Source of the DNA: Eledone cirrhosa
Lineage: Eukaryota
Direction: 5' to 3'
Assembly (NCBI GenBank): GCA_964016885.1
Contig: CAXHJY010000949.1
Coordinates: 62,001 to 126,000, forward strand
DNA length: 64,000 bases
A program made the translations under genes and the position numbers. Below the pieces are notes generated by a model that did not search any database, was not told the DNA's origin, and saw only the letters and a program-made list of their open reading frames with translations. Each line of letters begins with the position of its first letter. Positions within the stretch are counted from its first letter, which is position 1. This document shows, one piece after another, positions 58,927 to 64,000 of the stretch.

Positions 58927-59658
58927 AATCTTTATATAGTGCCAACATTTGAAATTGTAATCATTCTAAGTAAGTATGTATGTTACCATCATTTTATATT
59001 CTTTGAATTCCTCAATTGCTCGAAAAATAGCAACTTTCAATTTCTTAACCCTTTTAATACAGTCCAAAATTGTATCAATTCTATAATAGAAAGCTCTTAA
59101 AATTACCAGAAAAACTAACAAAATTTCTGTTTGTAGCAGATCTATGCATGCATATTTCAGACACATAGACCAGTTAGATAAGAACACATTGATTGCTTTT
59201 GTTTTATTTTGAACCGTTTTCATTTTTACATTTGAAAAGAGGGTAATAACCCTGAAATATTATGTTGAAATATATTGAGTAAAAACATTACTTTATTTTG
59301 TTTTATTTGTCATCTTTGCTCTTTATATATTTCTATCCCATTGTATCGTCTTTCTGAAATATATCATTAATTTATTTGAAAGCTCTTTGTTTTAAAGTGT
59401 GTTTATATTTATCTAAAGACATAATTATAAAATATTTTATTTTTATTTGGTTAAACATACATAAAACGAAAGCAGTATTAGAAAGTACTATAAATGCCAT
59501 AAATGTGAGGAAAAGGAGGAGAAGAGCAAGGACCACTAGACCAATGGAGAAGGGGAGAGGGTGACAGACTCTACACCTAGGTTAGAGCAGTGTTCAATAC
59601 TGAACTTTTGGATTAAGCCCCAACTACAATATTGAACCTAAGCATTGTCAACACTACA

Positions 59659-59838
59659 ATAATTGTTTCTACTTTTGGCACAAGGCCAGCGCATTACTGG
59701 TACTTTATTTTATCGACCCCGTAAGGATGAAAGCAAAGTTAACCTCGGCGGGATTTGAACTCAGAATGGCAAAGACCGTAACTCTATGCGTCAAAGCATG
59801 GCATCCGACCCTCTACCGATACTGCCAATCCACCGCCC
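59659..59838 (-). mobile_element. SINE family A copy with target-site duplication
   Basis: Matches 4631-4822; flanked by direct repeat attgtcaacactacaataat (59644-59663 and 59841-59860). Confidence 0.9.
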
Positions 59839-61099
59839 TTATTGTCAACACTACAATAATGAACTTTAATGTTAAGCCTCTAAATTGCCTCAGTCAGTTC
59901 ACATTGACAGTGGATCCACAGTCTTGTTCTGATTACATAAGAGCAAGGTTGATGGATGTATATTTATATCTATCTATTAGTATTTGCTTTTATGTCTGTG
60001 TGTGAAAGTGCATGTATGTATGTGTATGTTTCCATATGTGTGTCTATGTTTGTGTAATATTCCATCCGACATGTTACTGTACATGGCACTTATCCTCACT
60101 ATTAAGGGATATAACCTTCTTCAATCACAAAAACATTTTTCAAATACCCAGGTTTCAACTCCTTCAATAACACAAAACAATAACTGTTATAGACATCCAT
60201 ACCAATGGTTGTCAGGGGCAAAACCTGGTACAAAAGAGGAGTGAACATGATAAAGTCCACCCAGTACTCTCTGTAATGTGGTTGATGATTGAAATGGCAT
60301 CTAGCCATAAAAAACTTGCCAAACAAAGGGTCAAGAGGACTCTTAAGTTATGTCAATCATGACAACCTCTTTAGTGTTGGCGTCATAATAAAATACACCC
60401 ATCCAATCTGTGATAAGAATTATAATAATAATGAAAGGATTAGTTCATAAAATTTATAGCTGGAATGGAAGGTGTTTTATAAGTCTAAGAGTGGTACCTT
60501 AATACTACATTGTGGTAGTTGCTACCCCATTGTGAGTGCTTTTTTTTCTAGTGAAACTCTCAAGAGAGCTGAAAAGTAAAGAGTTGTAAGAGAAGAAACT
60601 TCTCTCAATTTCAGCCCTTAATTTCTATCCATATTTTTACATATTTAAAAATATATTTTGTTTTTTGCTAGCGCTGCTCACTTGTAATCATTTTGTATAA
60701 AACACTTCCTTTATATGTAACAAGTCCCTCGGGCTAAAGAAAGAAATTGTTATTTTACATTCTACTGAACACAAAATAGTTAACAATAATGATAATAAAT
60801 AATAATAATACTTTGTTTATTGTTGCCACCAGGCTCTTTCATGTATACAAAAAACATTATAGGGAGGAATTAGATGTGTGTGAGAGGGCCCCTGTAGCTT
60901 CACAAAGAAAAAATTACTTTTACTTTCCAGTAAAGACAAGAAAAAGACCAATAATAATAATACGAACAATTTTTTCTGTATTATTTGCTTATTTGCCACT
61001 AGGGACATTTAATGTGTAGTAGTAAGGCTTTCTGCTTGTATAACCAGTCTTAAAGCATTTCTCTAAGCCACTGTTACAAGGGTACAACCCTAGGAACAG

Positions 61100-61500
61100 A
61101 ATATCATGTTAATAGAACCCCCCCCAGCTTCTGCCTGCTACTGGTACCATGTAATCCAGTAAAACTTGCTTCATGGTAGAGTGGTTGGCAAATAAATCAG
61201 CTCCCATACAAGACCCTGGTTTGGTGAGGATGGTAAGTGGAACCCCAGCAACATGAAAAAATAAGAGCTGTTAAAAGAGCAGATGAACATCTCAGTGTCA
61301 ATGGTCATCTATCCCAACTATAGATTAAATAGCCTCACCAGACCACAATTGGCTAAGTGTGGTGAGTACAGTTACATACCTGAAAATATGACCTAAAGCA
61401 GTAGAGGTCAACTAGGGAGGGACTCCTCCAACAGGCGTGAGAAGGCCTTGGATTGGAGAAACCTCACCAGACCATCTACCTCCAATGGTCACAAGCGTAT
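61100..61500 (+). mobile_element. Old RTE 5'-UTR-like sequence
   Basis: 61150-61310 resembles the reverse complement of 3860-4010. Confidence 0.45.
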
Positions 61501-61611
61501 TAACCACCAGCCCATATTTTATCACAAACATTACAAGCCAAGGGTCAGCATTTTCTCCAATGCCTTTCACAGTGATCCTCATATTTCTAGGGTTATTCTA
61601 TGTTGACATAT

Positions 61612-61753
61612 AGGGGGCGGGGATGGATTGGCAGTATTGGTAGATTTTCAGACATACTTTGTGGCTTATAGTTATGTGCATTTATATTCTGAGTTCAAAT
61701 CCCGCTGAGGATTGCTTTGCCTTTCCTCTTTATGGGATCAATAAAATAAAGTA
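61612..61753 (+). mobile_element. SINE family A 5' part
   Basis: ggattggcagtattggtag...gagttcaaatcccgctgagg. Confidence 0.75.
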
Positions 61754-61916
61754 GAATGGGTTTAAATCTGGGGCCTAAAGATAAAAAAATGTACTTCTTA
61801 ACTATTCATACATGCTGCATACATTAGCTGACACACAGAACTGTGAAGATCATATGAAACTATGTCTAGGAACAGAGGAAAGAACCAAGCTAAGGCATCA
61901 TATGTCTACACATTTA

Positions 61917-63008
61917 ATAGTTTCTGGTTTAGGCACAAGGCCAACAATTTTGGGAGAGAGGAAAGTCAATTAAATCAACCCTAGTGCATTACTGGTACTT
62001 TATTTTATCAACCCTGTAAGGATGAAAGGCAAAGTTAACCTCGGCAGGATTTTAACTCAGAATGTAAAGGGCCATAACTATATGCCACAAAGCTTGTTGT
62101 CCGACGCTCTACCTATGATAATAATAATAACAATAATAGTTACGTCTTCTGATTTAGGCACAAGACGAACAATTTTTTGGGGAGGGGAAAGTTGATTAAA
62201 TCGGCCCCAGTGCATTACTGGTGCTTTATTTTAATGATCCCATAAGGTAAAGCTAATTTTGGCAGAATTTAAATGCAAAATGTAATGGACCGTAACTATA
62301 TGCTGCAAAGCACATTGTCCGACACTCTACCTAAAATAGTAATAATAATGATTTCTAGTATAGGCAGAAGGCCAGTAATTTGGTGGGAGGGGAAAGTCGA
62401 TTAAATCGACTCCAGTATGTTACTGGTGTTTTATTGTATACACCCCGCAAGGATGAAAGGCAAAGTTAACCTCGGGGGAATTTTACCTCAGACCGTAAAA
62501 GACCATAACTTGATGCTGCAAAGCATGGTGCCCGACCTTCTACCGATACTGCCAATCCCCCGCCTTGGCCAATCCCCTACCCTGTAATAATAATTGTTTC
62601 TACTTTTGGCACAAGGCCAGCAATTACCCAGTGCATTACTGGTACTTTATTTTATCGACCCCGTAAGGATGAAAGGCAAAGTTAACCTTGGCGGGATTTG
62701 AACTCAGAATGGCAAGGGCCGTAACTCTATATGTCAAAGCATGGCGTCCGACCCTCTACCAATACTGCCAATCCACCACCCTCTTTATAGTAATAACAAT
62801 AATATTAATAATAATTGTTTCTACTTTTGGCACAAGGCCAGCAATTATCTCAATACATTACTGGTATTTTTTTTATTTTATCGACCCCATAAGGATGAAT
62901 AGCAAAGTGAACCTTGGCGGGATTTGAACTCAGACCATAAAGGACCATAACTCCATGCTGCAAAGCATGATGCCCGATGCTCTACCAATACTGTCAACCC
63001 ACCACCCT
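61917..63008 (-). mobile_element. Five head-to-tail SINE family A copies
   Basis: Units start at ~61917, 62147, 62348, 62590, 62812, separated by (TAA)n. Confidence 0.88.
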
Positions 63009-63267
63009 ATAATAATAATAATGATAATAATAATTGCGACAAAATATTTTGGGCCAGTGAAACTGTTTAATGTTGCAGATTTGTAATAGGACACCATGGA
63101 TATTGAAAGAGAGTGCTGTGGGTAATTTACTGGCTCTACTGGATGTTTAACAGGGAGGAAAGTGAACTTGAACAAAAGTGTTTGCTTACATGTGAATATG
63201 TGTAATGTTTAAATGGCAGTATATACTGGAATACTGGATATATAAACACTCTAATGGCAATATATAT

Positions 63268-63321
<54 letters not shown>

Positions 63322-63447
63322 CATTATATACTATATTTATAAACACTGCAAAAAAAAAAAAGTGTTATTGATAGAAATATGAAGTAGGATATTTATGCCA
63401 CACCCTGCCTACCATACCCTGGGGTATATATATATATATATATATAA

Positions 63448-63641
63448 GTTATTCCGGGTTGAATCGGAGATAACCACCGTAAGTAAGGTACTCAATACAT
63501 AGCAGAGTATAACAGTTTTAATATAGAAGAGCTTCTACAGGACTAGAACTGTTTCATTCGTGAGAAATCATCAGGAAGCTCTAATGATTTCTCACGAATG
63601 AAACAGTTCTAGTCCTGTAGAAGCTCTTCTATATTAAAACT
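63448..63641. mobile_element. Tail + 58-bp-arm inverted repeat with hammerhead
   Basis: Arms 63514-63571 and 63584-63641; between (TA)n tracts. Confidence 0.82.
63528..63582 (-). ncRNA. Type I hammerhead ribozyme
   Basis: agagcttc-CTGATGA-tttc tcac gaat-GAAA-cag ttctagtc ctg-TA-gaagctct; 8-bp stem I. Confidence 0.85.
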
Positions 63642-63679
63642 TATATATATATATATATAATATACCTACATATAACTAC

Positions 63680-64000
63680 ATTAAACTCAGACTAGTCCTG
63701 AATAAAACAATTACTACAATAATATCAGCTTACGCACCCCAATCGGGGCTGCCAGACGAACTTAAGGATAGGTTTTACGAGTCCCTAATGCACACTACTG
63801 CTCTAACAGACGACAATGACTTCCTAATCATCGCAGGAGATTTTAACGGACACGTAGGTAAACACTGCGACGGCTTCAATAGAGTACATGGAGGCCATGG
63901 GGTTGGCACAAGGAATGAGGAATGATTTAGACTTCTAGAATTCTGCGACGCCAATGAAATGTCGATATGTAACACAAACTTTAAAAAACCCGACAACCAC
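63680..64000 (+). mobile_element. RTE LINE APE-domain fragment, runs off window
   Basis: Reverse-complement match to ~41935-42250; [16 protein letters not shown]; contains a stop. Confidence 0.88.

Overview
This is repeat-dense, AT-rich animal genomic DNA. The SINE, LINE and microsatellite content suggests a coleoid cephalopod, probably an octopod; that is an inference. No host protein-coding gene can be supported, and most long ORFs in the track are read-throughs of simple repeats. Recognisable content: a decayed R4/Dong-type RLE LINE (1-3420); a decayed APE-RT RTE-type LINE (39.3-42.4 kb) plus many RTE and CR1 fragments; two tRNA-derived SINE families; TTAA-flanked piggyBac-type MITEs; and several minisatellites, one of which (47 bp x ~45) arose from an RTE coding motif. 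The main unexplained signal is a set of at least six unrelated families of short non-coding elements sitting in or next to (TA)n tracts. Most share one architecture: a unique tail plus a long near-perfect inverted repeat (58-174 bp arms) carrying minimal type I hammerhead ribozyme motifs, often with palindromic stem III. One family has a compensatory U3-A8 core. This resembles Penelope-like pseudo-LTR or retrozyme derivatives. A textbook AG|GT recursive splice-site motif at 58918-58921 hints that the window lies inside a very long plus-strand intron.
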